Part shown: positions 20,599-29,626 of the stretch, one piece after another
Numbering within the stretch: position 1 is the stretch's first letter
Layout of the letters: each line of letters starts with the position of its first letter
Position numbers and translations under genes: made by a program
The notes under the pieces: generated by a model
The model's database searches: none
What the model saw: the letters and a program-made list of their open reading frames with translations, nothing else
What the model was told of the DNA's origin: nothing
Source: Fidelibacterota bacterium
GTDB lineage: Bacteria; Fidelibacterota; UBA2242
Direction of reading: 5' to 3'
Assembly: GCA_049975265.1 (NCBI GenBank)
Contig: JBNGDF010000015.1
Span: 1-32,814 of the forward strand
DNA length: 32,814 nucleotides

Positions 20599-20791
20599 GG
20601 CTACTCCTTTTATATATCTCCCTGTATTATTGAATGGCGGCAAAGATTAACCACTGATGAACCAACCTGCTAATACTTGTGTAGCATCTCTCCAATTTAC
20701 TCTCGAGAGTAGTACCTGACACCTTCTTACAAGAAATTGCATCGACTGAAATTATATTTATCCAACTACTCACAAACCCACATTACTCTCT

Positions 20792-20821
20792 AATCTACAG
20801 ATTTTGATTTTCCTTTGTCAA
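20792..20821 (-). promoter_or_regulatory. Putative sigma-70 promoter of the TBDR locus
   Basis: On the minus strand, TTGACA - 18 nt - TAGATT, starting just after the clpP stop and about 190 nt upstream of the TBDR ATG. Confidence 0.6.
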
Positions 20822-20828
20822 GCTTTTT

Positions 20829-21458
20829 TTAGGACGCACCACTTAAATTTTTTAAGCGCTTCGAGAGAACTTCATCGATAATGCCGTAGGCAACCGCCTC
20901 CCCGGATGACATGAAAAAATTGCGGTCCGTGTCCTTCTCAATTTTTTCCAAAGGCTGTTTTGTCAGATCCGCCAGAATCTCGTTCAGTTTTTGCTTGGTC
21001 TTGATGATCTCGGTGGCATGAATCTGAATATCGCTGGCTTGTCCCTCGACACCCCCCAAGGGTTGATGGATCATAATCCGGGAGTTCTGCAACGCAAAGC
21101 GCTTGCCCCGCGTTCCTGCCGCCAGCAATATTGCCGCCATACTGGAAGCCTGACCAATACAGATGGTGGATACGTCCGGCTTGACAAACTGAATCGTATC
21201 AAAAATCGCCAGCCCCGCCGTAACGGTTCCGCCGGGACTGTTGATATAAATCGAAATGTCCTTCTCCGCATCTTCCGCCTGTAAAAACAGCAACTGGGCG
21301 ATTATCAGACTGGCGATATGATCATCAATCGGCGACCCCAGGAAAACAATCCGTTCCTTCAGAAGGCGCGAATAGATATCATACGCCCGTTCACCCCGTC
21401 CCGTCTGCTCGACGACCATCGGGATATAGATTTGATTCGTTACGTCTTTACCATTCAT
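20829..21458 (-). CDS. clpP: ATP-dependent Clp protease proteolytic subunit
   Basis: [39 protein letters not shown] (catalytic Ser), [15 protein letters not shown]. Confidence 0.98.
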   Translation of the reverse strand: MNGKDVTNQIYIPMVVEQTGRGERAYDIYSRLLKERIVFLGSPIDDHIASLIIAQLLFLQAEDAEKDISIYINSPGGTVTAGLAIFDTIQFVKPDVSTICIGQASSMAAILLAAGTRGKRFALQNSRIMIHQPLGGVEGQASDIQIHATEIIKTKQKLNEILADLTKQPLEKIEKDTDRNFFMSSGEAVAYGIIDEVLSKRLKNLSGAS

Positions 21459-22738
21459 CCCATATTCCTCTTACGGAAATCCCTGGTGTTTATTTTCTCC
21501 TTCTTGACCCTGGCAAATTTTTCCAGGTGGTCAAATATCTTTTGCTCAAACAGATCGTTCTCCAGTCGGGTCCGGTTTTTCGCACCGCTGAAAAAGTTAC
21601 GCACCATCGTCTGTTTCTCTGCGGCGTAACTCTCCACCACCTCCTGCACTTTCTGATCCAATTCCTCTTTCGCCACTTCAATATTTTCGGCGCCGGCGAT
21701 TGCCTGTTCAATCAAAAACCAGCTAATCTCCTTTTCGGCAAAGGGACGGTACTGCTCCCGTATTTTTGCTTCATCAATCTCTTCACCGTTGTTTTTCCCT
21801 TTTATATCTTCAATAACCCGGTCCAGCAGGCGGTTAACCCTGGACTGCGGTATCTCCATCCGGACCTTGTCGATAAAATAATCGGTGATGGCATGCTGAA
21901 ACTCTTTGGTGCCACGGCTATCCCACTCCGCCTGCAACATCTTTTCCACCTGCGTCCGCAGCTCTTTATAACTCTCGATTGTCTGATAGTTTTTCTTGAC
22001 AAATTCGTCGTTCAACTCCGGCAGCAGGCGCTCTTCCACCCGCTTCACCGCTACCAGATAATCAATCGGCTTACCTTTTTTGGGCGTCAACTTAATCCGG
22101 CGCTCCTCACCGGCTTTGGCGCCGATCAAGCCCTCGCTGCCAGGCTCTCCGAATATGCCTTCACCAACCTTGATCAACCGGTCAGTGACCTTCTTGCCGA
22201 CCAACGGGATACCGCCGGAATCCAGTTCCTGCAGATCACAAAAGATATAGTGCCCATCCCGGGCTCCGTCCTTTATCTCACGCACCTCGGCAAAGTGCTC
22301 CCGGATATCCTCAAGATACAAATCTACATCTTCCTTATCCACGCTATAGATCGGTTTCTTCACCGGGAAACCACTCTTGTAATCGGGTAGTTCAATCACG
22401 GGATCGGTTTCCACTGTCAATTCATAATGGAAATTCTTCCCGGGGTCAAAATCCACGGCGCTGACATGTAAGTCGATATACTCCTCGATACCCTGCTCCG
22501 TAAGCACCTTCCGGAAGCTCGAATCAACCACGGCATTGCTAAAGTCGTAACTCAATCGCGGTTCCAGCAGCCGCCGGGCGATCTTAGCGGGCACTTTACC
22601 GGGACGAAAACCGTCGACTTTCAGATTTTTCCGCAAATTATTTAATGTATTATTGTAGTCGGTTTCAACCTCATTCCACTCAAAATCAACCCGGATTTTG
22701 CGCTCAATGCTGCTGATTTCTGTAGCCGTGACTTTCAT
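21455..22738 (-). CDS. tig: Trigger factor
   Basis: Ribosome-binding motif GFRPGKVP, 427 aa, ATGA overlap with clpP (canonical tig-clpP order). Confidence 0.93.
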   Translation of the reverse strand: MKVTATEISSIERKIRVDFEWNEVETDYNNTLNNLRKNLKVDGFRPGKVPAKIARRLLEPRLSYDFSNAVVDSSFRKVLTEQGIEEYIDLHVSAVDFDPGKNFHYELTVETDPVIELPDYKSGFPVKKPIYSVDKEDVDLYLEDIREHFAEVREIKDGARDGHYIFCDLQELDSGGIPLVGKKVTDRLIKVGEGIFGEPGSEGLIGAKAGEERRIKLTPKKGKPIDYLVAVKRVEERLLPELNDEFVKKNYQTIESYKELRTQVEKMLQAEWDSRGTKEFQHAITDYFIDKVRMEIPQSRVNRLLDRVIEDIKGKNNGEEIDEAKIREQYRPFAEKEISWFLIEQAIAGAENIEVAKEELDQKVQEVVESYAAEKQTMVRNFFSGAKNRTRLENDLFEQKIFDHLEKFARVKKEKINTRDFRKRNMG

Positions 22739-22793
22739 CCTGTTCCTTACCTGTTTTCAATTATACAATTTCTGCCGCCCCGCCTAAGTCCAG

Positions 22794-22879
22794 TACCAGA
22801 GGTGGGATTCGAACCCACAATCCGCGTGAACGGAACCAGGTCCTAAGCCTGGCGTGTATACCAATTTCACCACTCTGGC
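22794..22879 (-). tRNA. tRNA-Leu (anticodon TAG); CCA not encoded
   Basis: Minus strand reads GCCAGAG-TGGTGAAATTGGTATACACG-CCAGG CT TAG GA CCTGG-long variable arm-GTGGG TTCGAAT CCCAC-CTCTGGT-A. Confidence 0.95.
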
Positions 22880-22997
22880 ATATGCTCTCGCGACGGCTTA
22901 TCCGTCCACCTCCCACAATCCAAAGAGCACTGTAATTTACAGAATCCGTTCAAATTTCAAAGGATTCATCAGCCCCCGGCAGTCTTTTCAAATTGCC

Positions 22998-24206
22998 CTA
23001 TTTCAGAAGGATCATCTTGCGTATCTGAAAATTATCCCCACCCTGCAATATCACAAAATAGATTCCCGACTCCACCGGCTGACCGAAACGGCTCTGTCCC
23101 TCCCAGCGCAGCCGGTATTCTCCCGCCGAATACCGGTCATCTGCCAGTCGGATGACCTCCTGTCCGAGCAGGTTGCAAACGGTCAGCGTTACCTCTGCCG
23201 CTTCCGGCAGATCAAAGCGGATCGTGGTTTGAGCATTAAAAGGATTGGGATAATTGGGATACAATTTATAATCGGTGGGTTTCGGAATCGGTCCCTCCTG
23301 TGTAAAAACAAGTGTCGAGTCGATGAAAACCACGCCTCCCTGCGCCTCTCCGAGTAAACTTTCGGCATTCTCATCGGACACGATAAGATTCTCAATGGAG
23401 ACCGGATAGGGACCCGGCTGAACCTCCGGATTGATTTCTATTTCCATGTCCAGCGCGTATTCCGCACTGTCGGGCAGCGAAACGCCAGCGGTTGCCATAG
23501 CCAGCACCCTGGCGGCACCGTTTTCCATTTCCTCACAACGGACATCCCAATCTTCCCCAAAGGGATTTTGACACGAAAAAACCTTGAAGATATCGGCGGA
23601 ATCAAGAATGTCAAATTGAAATCCCGCAACCGGCGCCCAGGTGTGCATCAATATGCTGACCCTTTGTGTCTGGTCAGCCAGGCTCAGTGTATCATTCCGA
23701 ACACTAAACTGAACATCACACTCCCGAATCATCAGGTAACCGCATGCCGTCTCTGTGGGCACTATTTCTCCAAAGGGATCACAGACAACCACTCCGCCAG
23801 GTGCTATCGGGTAAACGCCGGGCATTACATCGGCGTCCACAGCCACGAGCAGGTTGAGCAGCCTGTAGCTCCCGCCCCCCAAACCGGCTATATGTTCATC
23901 AAAACCGATCACTTTCATCGTGTTATCAACCAAGCGTCCGATTGCAATCCGCCAGATATCCGTCTGCAGGGTCTGATCATTGATCCGGACATCCACCACC
24001 TGAAAATCCGCCCCGGTTTCGGGAGTAAGAAACTGAAACCCGCCAACATTTTCGGAGCCGGTCAAATACAGAGCCACCGCCACTGTATCACCGGGAGTGG
24101 CATATACCGACCCGCATTCCAGTTGCATTCCAAAGCCGGGAAAAAAGCCCGTCAACACACCGCAAAGGGCAACGATCAAAACCCGGATGATTCTGGATTC
24201 AGACAT
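22998..24206 (-). CDS. Secreted protein with two cohesin-like domains and a T9SS type-A-like CTD
   Basis: Probable ATG at 24206 overlapping the end of secA (alternative 24215), followed by a hydrophobic signal. Repeats PGDTVAVALYL..VGGFQF and QRVSILM..VAGFQFDI, each followed by PG.YP. CTD NYPNPFN...KMILLK. Confidence 0.75.
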   Translation of the reverse strand: MSESRIIRVLIVALCGVLTGFFPGFGMQLECGSVYATPGDTVAVALYLTGSENVGGFQFLTPETGADFQVVDVRINDQTLQTDIWRIAIGRLVDNTMKVIGFDEHIAGLGGGSYRLLNLLVAVDADVMPGVYPIAPGGVVVCDPFGEIVPTETACGYLMIRECDVQFSVRNDTLSLADQTQRVSILMHTWAPVAGFQFDILDSADIFKVFSCQNPFGEDWDVRCEEMENGAARVLAMATAGVSLPDSAEYALDMEIEINPEVQPGPYPVSIENLIVSDENAESLLGEAQGGVVFIDSTLVFTQEGPIPKPTDYKLYPNYPNPFNAQTTIRFDLPEAAEVTLTVCNLLGQEVIRLADDRYSAGEYRLRWEGQSRFGQPVESGIYFVILQGGDNFQIRKMILLK

Positions 24207-27200
24207 TCCTGCCATGACAATATTTGTATTTTTTCCCACTGCCACAGGGACAGGGATCGTTGCGTCCGATTTTCTTATCCACATGGACCGGCATCTGTTT
24301 AGCAGGACGATTGCCCGCCTGCATTGACTGAAGCTCCTGCTGCTGTTCACTCGCACCAGCCGCCAATCCTAATCCGGTCGTGTCCCGGTGTTCCAGCCGA
24401 AAGCGTTGCGGACGGCGCAGCTGCTGCTCCGGTTGCGGCCCGCCGAGCTGTGCCCGGAAGCACATCCGCAGCGTCTGTTTATCGATATCGTTGATAATCT
24501 CCACAAAGGCTTTATACGCCTCACCTTTATATTCCAGCAGCGGGTCTTTCTGACCATAGGCGCGCCAGTTGATGCCCTCTTTCAGTTGATCCATGGAGTA
24601 GAGATGGTCACGCCATTTTTCATCAATCGTACGCAGGGTAACAAATTTTTCCAGATAGCGCAGCTGTTCGGTACCCAGATACTGCTCTTTACGCTCGTAG
24701 TAATCGCGCGCCCGTTGGATAATTTCCTGCGTAAGATCCACTTCAGAGGCGTTGGCAAGTTCTTCCGGCGCAAGATCAAGCCCCAGAGTGCCCTTTAACT
24801 CCAGGCGTAGGTTGTTCCAATCCCATTCTTCAGGAAGCATTTTGGGATCGGTGTATTCATTAACCACCTCTTCCACCCAATCCGAGAGGATATCAAATAT
24901 TTCATCTTTAATATTCTCCTCCTTGAGGGCATAATTACGCCGGTCATATATAATCTCGCGCTGTTGATTCATGACGTCATCATATTCCAGCAGGTGTTTA
25001 CGAATGCTGAAGTTTCGCCCCTCCACTTTCTTCTGAGCCCGTTCGATGGAGCGGGTCACCATGGGATGCGTGATGACCTGCCCCTCTTCAATTCCCATTC
25101 TGTCCATGATGGCGGCAATCCGCTCGGAATTAAACAGCCGCATCAGATCGTCCTCAAGAGAAAGGAAAAACCGCGATGCACCGGGATCGCCCTGGCGACC
25201 GCTGCGTCCGCGCAACTGCAGATCAATCCGCCGGGATTCGTGCCGTTCGGTGCCGACAATATACAAGCCACCGACCTCCTTAACGCCTTCACCCAGCTTG
25301 ATATCGGTTCCGCGCCCCGCCATATTCGTGGCAATGGTCACTGCCGACCGCTCTCCGGCGCGGGCAACGATCTCCGCTTCCCGCTGATGCTGTTTGGCAT
25401 TCAAAACATTGTGCGGAATACCCCGGCGCTTCAGCATCCGGCTGATGGTTTCCGAAACCTCCACGCTGATGGTTCCCACCAGCACCGGCTGACCGCGGTG
25501 GTAGGACTCCTCGATTTCATCCAGGATGGCGTTGTATTTTTCCCGCCGGGTCTTATACACCTGATCCTCATAATCCTTCCGGATACAGGGCTTATTCGTG
25601 GGAATGGCTACGACGCCCAGCTTATAAATATCCTCGAACTCGGCTGCCTCGGTCAGCGCCGTACCGGTCATACCGGCAAGTTTATCGTACATGCGGAAAT
25701 AATTTTGAATCGTAATGGTGGCAAAGGTCTGCGTTTCCGCCTCCACCTGCACCTTTTCCTTCGCCTCAATTGCCTGGTGCAGACCGTCGCTGTAGCGCCG
25801 CCCGGGTAATATGCGACCGGTAAACTCATCGACAATCAGCACCTTGCCGTCCTGAACGACGTACTCCACATCCTTTTCATACAATGTATACGCCCTCAGC
25901 AGCTGGGAAATATTATGGAACCGGTCTGAAATCTCCGAATGTCTCTGATCCAGTTCCATCTTTTTTCGCTCTTTTTCAGCATCGCTCAGTGAATCATCTT
26001 CATCGATTCCAACAAATTCTTCCGCAATATCCGGAATCACCAGCTCGTCTACCTTGACGCCCAGCAGAGCGGCTAACTTTTCCTCCCCCTTGGGGGTCAG
26101 GGTGATATTGTGCTGCTTTTCCTCAACGTAATAATAGAGGTCTTCGAAAAATTCATCCTGACTGATAGACTGACCGGTTTTCGCATTGGTCAACAATAAA
26201 AATTCCCGTTCGCCCTGCTGGAGCAGCCGCTGATAACCGGGGTCTTCCAGCAATTTCCGCAGTCGCCGGTTCTTGGGCATGCCCTGGGAAGCCACATACA
26301 GTTTGCGGGCAATTTCATCCGGTTTTTTCACATCTTCAATATTATCGGGCAGCTCGGCTAAAATCCGGGTCACATTTTCCCGCTGGTGGCGGACCAGGCT
26401 GGCTACCGCCGGATTCAGGCTGTCAAATTTTTCATGGCGGGAGCTGGTGACCGGTCCGGAGATGATCAGCGGCGTGCGCGCCTCATCTATCAGGATGTTG
26501 TCCACCTCATCGACAATACAGTAAAAATATTCCCGCTGAACCTGATCTTCTGCCGATATTGCCATATTATCCCGCAGATAATCAAACCCGAATTCATTGT
26601 TGGTTCCGTAGGTAATATCCCGGCTGTACATCTCCTTGCGTTCTTCGTTATCCATACTGTTGAGAATGCATCCGACCGTCAGTCCCAGTTCCGTGTAAAT
26701 TCGTCCCATCCATTCGCTGTCACGCTGCGCCAGATAGTCATTCACCGTCACCAGATGAACGCCCCGCCCGGTCAGTGCATTCAGGTAAACCGGCATGGTC
26801 GCAACCAGGGTTTTCCCTTCACCGGTCTTCATCTCGGCAATTTTACCCTGATGCAGGACGATCCCGCCGATGATCTGTACGTCGTAGGGAATCATCTCCC
26901 AGCGAATTTTCTGACCGACAATCGTCCACTCCTGACCAACCAGCCGGCGGCAGACCTCTTTCACCATGGCAAAGGCTTCGGGCAGAATCTCATCCAGCAC
27001 CTCCTGTTCAGCCTTGATGGTCCGTTTATGCCGCTCATCCCGGGTCAGGCTGGAATCCGCCAGCTCCGCTTCCGCCGCTTCCCGGGCATCGCGAACCATC
27101 TGTTGGAATTCCGCCGTTCGCCGGCGGAGTTCCTCCGCTGTTTTGGTCTCCAGCGTCGGATAAATACGGTTGATTTCATCCACAATGGGGAGCATCTTCT

Positions 27201-27258
27201 TGATTTCCCGGTCAGAAGATGTCCCGAAAATTGATGTCAACAGTGAACCGATACCCAT
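24199..27258 (-). CDS. secA: Preprotein translocase subunit SecA
   Basis: AEMKTGEGKT, VTVNDYLA, DEVD, TNMAGRGTDI, QLRGRSGRQGDPG and C-terminal SEC-C GRNDPCPCGSGKKYKYCH. Confidence 0.99.
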   Translation of the reverse strand: MGIGSLLTSIFGTSSDREIKKMLPIVDEINRIYPTLETKTAEELRRRTAEFQQMVRDAREAAEAELADSSLTRDERHKRTIKAEQEVLDEILPEAFAMVKEVCRRLVGQEWTIVGQKIRWEMIPYDVQIIGGIVLHQGKIAEMKTGEGKTLVATMPVYLNALTGRGVHLVTVNDYLAQRDSEWMGRIYTELGLTVGCILNSMDNEERKEMYSRDITYGTNNEFGFDYLRDNMAISAEDQVQREYFYCIVDEVDNILIDEARTPLIISGPVTSSRHEKFDSLNPAVASLVRHQRENVTRILAELPDNIEDVKKPDEIARKLYVASQGMPKNRRLRKLLEDPGYQRLLQQGEREFLLLTNAKTGQSISQDEFFEDLYYYVEEKQHNITLTPKGEEKLAALLGVKVDELVIPDIAEEFVGIDEDDSLSDAEKERKKMELDQRHSEISDRFHNISQLLRAYTLYEKDVEYVVQDGKVLIVDEFTGRILPGRRYSDGLHQAIEAKEKVQVEAETQTFATITIQNYFRMYDKLAGMTGTALTEAAEFEDIYKLGVVAIPTNKPCIRKDYEDQVYKTRREKYNAILDEIEESYHRGQPVLVGTISVEVSETISRMLKRRGIPHNVLNAKQHQREAEIVARAGERSAVTIATNMAGRGTDIKLGEGVKEVGGLYIVGTERHESRRIDLQLRGRSGRQGDPGASRFFLSLEDDLMRLFNSERIAAIMDRMGIEEGQVITHPMVTRSIERAQKKVEGRNFSIRKHLLEYDDVMNQQREIIYDRRNYALKEENIKDEIFDILSDWVEEVVNEYTDPKMLPEEWDWNNLRLELKGTLGLDLAPEELANASEVDLTQEIIQRARDYYERKEQYLGTEQLRYLEKFVTLRTIDEKWRDHLYSMDQLKEGINWRAYGQKDPLLEYKGEAYKAFVEIINDIDKQTLRMCFRAQLGGPQPEQQLRRPQRFRLEHRDTTGLGLAAGASEQQQELQSMQAGNRPAKQMPVHVDKKIGRNDPCPCGSGKKYKYCHGRNV

Positions 27259-27345
27259 TGTACTCCCTGTATCTTGGCATTCATACTTAATTGCTCATAT
27301 GTCCGGCACTTCCACAGACCGCAATGATTATATCGGAAAGGATAA

Positions 27346-27774
27346 TTACTCTTTTAACCAGGACTGTTCGTTAATCATATGCAGCACGGCATCCAGTATG
27401 CCATTGACAAAAGCGCTGCTGTCGTCTGTGGAAAACTTCTTCGCTATCTCAATAGCCTCGGAAATCGAAACCTTCGGCGGTATATCGTCAAAATATAAAA
27501 ACTCACAGATCGCCATCCGGATAATCAAACGGTCAATTACGGCAATCCGTTCAAATTCCCAGTTTTCCGACTTGGTCTTGATATAGTGATCTAAATCTTT
27601 TTTATAGAGCGTGGTTTTTTCAAATAATTCACGGGCAAAGGGCTTTAACTCCTCCGAAAGCTCCTCTGAATTGTCAATGATATTGGTGCCGACGAACTTG
27701 ATGCTGTCTCCGCTTAATTCCTGAGCATAAATGGCTTGCAGAGCCACTTCACGGGCGAGTCGTCTTTCTCTCAT
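27346..27774 (-). CDS. nusB: Transcription antitermination factor NusB
   Basis: RRLAREVALQAIY, W..ERIA.IDR.I.R.AI.E, SEAIEIAKKFS...FVNGILD. ATG at 27774 (TTG at 27780 is an alternative). Confidence 0.95.
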   Translation of the reverse strand: MRERRLAREVALQAIYAQELSGDSIKFVGTNIIDNSEELSEELKPFARELFEKTTLYKKDLDHYIKTKSENWEFERIAVIDRLIIRMAICEFLYFDDIPPKVSISEAIEIAKKFSTDDSSAFVNGILDAVLHMINEQSWLKE

Positions 27775-28046
27775 TTTCAACTAACCTTCTTCAAATACAA
27801 AGAACTCACGTTCCAATTTACATCTTTTTTTCCATCTTAAACACAATTAATTCGGGAATTTTCAGCAAGCACCCATCATCCTGAGTTCAAACCAGTTCAA
27901 TTGAAAAGTGTTCCCAGAAAATCCGATCGTCCTTTCTTTTGTAAAATCACTTAATTTTACGTAATATGTTTACCGGTTTATAATTAATGGTACTATTTTG
28001 ACCCTATCCTGATTCCATTATTCAAAATATCATGAGGTGATCTCCA

Positions 28047-28580
28047 ATGAAATCCTTTATTATTCCTGCCTGCTTGCTGTTTTTTCAAACAATCGCCGGC
28101 GCCGAATCGACCAGTGAATTGCCGGTTGTTGCACAGGTCGATCTGAACCGCTATCTGGGAAAGTGGTATGAAATCGCCACCATTCCCATGCGCTTCCAAC
28201 AGGGCTGCACCTGTGTCACCGCCGAATACAGCCTGAAAGACAACGGTCGGATCAAAGTGGTCAACAGCTGTCATAAAGACAGCCCGGACGGTCCTCTAAA
28301 ATCCGTCACCGGACAAGCCAAAGTGGTCGAAGGCTCTAATAATGCGAAACTGAAGGTTAGTTTCTTTTGGCCTTTCTGGGGCGATTATTGGGTAATTAAT
28401 CTCGATCAGGAAAATTATCAGTGGGCAGTGGTCAGCGGTCAGTCCCGTGAAACTCTCTGGATTCTGTCGCGTACCCCCTGGATGGATGATGCGCTTTACG
28501 AAAAATTAGTCGAATTCTGCAAATCGGTCGGATTGAACACGGACCTGCTTGTAAAAACAGACCAATCCTGTTTTAATTAA
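28047..28580 (+). CDS. blc: Blc-like lipocalin
   Basis: GAGGTG RBS. Motifs VDLNRYLGKWYEIA, AKLKVSFFWPFWGDYWV and LWILSRTP. Confidence 0.9.
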   Translation: MKSFIIPACLLFFQTIAGAESTSELPVVAQVDLNRYLGKWYEIATIPMRFQQGCTCVTAEYSLKDNGRIKVVNSCHKDSPDGPLKSVTGQAKVVEGSNNAKLKVSFFWPFWGDYWVINLDQENYQWAVVSGQSRETLWILSRTPWMDDALYEKLVEFCKSVGLNTDLLVKTDQSCFN

Positions 28581-28605
28581 GTCATCTGTTCCAGACAGAC
28601 AGATT

Positions 28606-28634
28606 GTAGAGGCATTTCATGAAATTGCTCCTAC
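28606..28634. repeat. GTAG-type REP-like palindrome between convergent blc and HNH genes
   Basis: GTAGAGGCATTTCATGAAATTGCTCCTAC, an imperfect palindrome with GTAG/CTAC ends. Confidence 0.6.
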
Positions 28635-28924
28635 TTTAAGGCATTTTTCATGAGCAGCATCTCCACGGGTGTGAGATGCTGCTTTTTATTATTACACTCT
28701 TTACAACAAGGCACGATATTGGCTTTGGTGCTCTTGCCTCCCCGGGCAAGCGGTACAATGTGATCCATGGTCAGTTCATCCCTGGGAAATTTCCTGCCAC
28801 AATAATGACAAATGCCTTTGTTCAGCCTGTTCTGCCACCATTGACTCTTGCGCAGCTCTTTGGCTTTCGCCCGCTCCCGGGCAATATGCTGTTCGTCTTT
28901 TTGGATATCTACCCAGTCGCTCAT
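28631..28924 (-). CDS. Small HNH endonuclease family protein
   Basis: CHYC...[32 protein letters not shown] overlap with the deoC stop. Confidence 0.9.
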   Translation of the reverse strand: MSDWVDIQKDEQHIARERAKAKELRKSQWWQNRLNKGICHYCGRKFPRDELTMDHIVPLARGGKSTKANIVPCCKECNNKKQHLTPVEMLLMKNALK

Positions 28925-29616
28925 TCCTGCCGGGACTCCCGCACAATCCGAACACCGGAGCTGGTGCCGATCCGGTTCGCACCCGCCGCAACCATCCGGA
29001 TTGCATCTTTATAGCTTCGTATCCCGCCGGAAGCCTTCACGCCCAACTCGTTTCCGACGGTCGCGCGCATCAATTGAACATCCGCAACCGTTGCTCCGGC
29101 TTGACTGAAACCGGTGGAGGTCTTAACAAAACCGGCTCCTGCCCGCTTCGCCAGTTCGCAGGCTCTGACTTTTTCCGCGTCTGTCAATAACGCCGTCTCG
29201 ATAATTACCTTGACAAGGTAATCTCCTGCCGCCTCGACAACCGCCTGAATGTCTTCCCGGACGTACTCCTCATTACCGGATTTCAGCATGCCGATATTGA
29301 TAACCATGTCAATTTCCTTGGCACCGTCGCCAATGGCAAACTCCGTCTCGATCTCCTTCGTTGAAATCAGATTGGCTCCCAGCGGAAATCCCACCACACA
29401 GGCGACCGGAACAGTACTCTTTTCCAGCCGTTCCACGCAGTAAGCCACATTTGCCGGATTGACACAGACTGCGGCAAAAGAGTACTCCACGGCTTCCCGA
29501 CAGAGTTGATCCAGATCGGACATCGTTGCATCAGAACGCAGGAGGGTATGATCGATAACAGTTGCAATATTTTTTTCAGCAGCGTCCATCGAAACTACGG
29601 TAGCGCTTTTTTTCAT
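28921..29616 (-). CDS. deoC: Deoxyribose-phosphate aldolase
   Basis: [50 protein letters not shown]. Probable ATG at 29616, just after the glmM stop. Confidence 0.97.
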   Translation of the reverse strand: MKKSATVVSMDAAEKNIATVIDHTLLRSDATMSDLDQLCREAVEYSFAAVCVNPANVAYCVERLEKSTVPVACVVGFPLGANLISTKEIETEFAIGDGAKEIDMVINIGMLKSGNEEYVREDIQAVVEAAGDYLVKVIIETALLTDAEKVRACELAKRAGAGFVKTSTGFSQAGATVADVQLMRATVGNELGVKASGGIRSYKDAIRMVAAGANRIGTSSGVRIVRESRQE

Positions 29617-29626
29617 TCTGAAATTC

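Noticed and set aside
21527..22390. 287-aa plus-strand ORF
   Set aside because: Antisense shadow of tig with no recognisable motifs.
22794..22879. tRNA-Leu as an integration site for a prophage or island
   Set aside because: No integrase and no duplicated tRNA 3' end are seen. The tRNA is followed directly by tig as usual.
23568..24302. 244-aa plus-strand ORF
   Set aside because: Antisense to the cohesin-like gene and the end of secA; no motifs.
24216..24356. N-terminal extension of the 452-aa ORF
   Set aside because: Overlaps the secA C-terminus. The signal peptide begins only near 24206-24215.
24964..27234. 281-aa and 282-aa plus-strand ORFs
   Set aside because: Antisense shadows of secA, typical of GC-richer coding sequence.
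28631..28924. HNH gene as a defence system or homing endonuclease
   Set aside because: Small stand-alone HNH coupled to deoC, with no methylase, ATPase or intron context.
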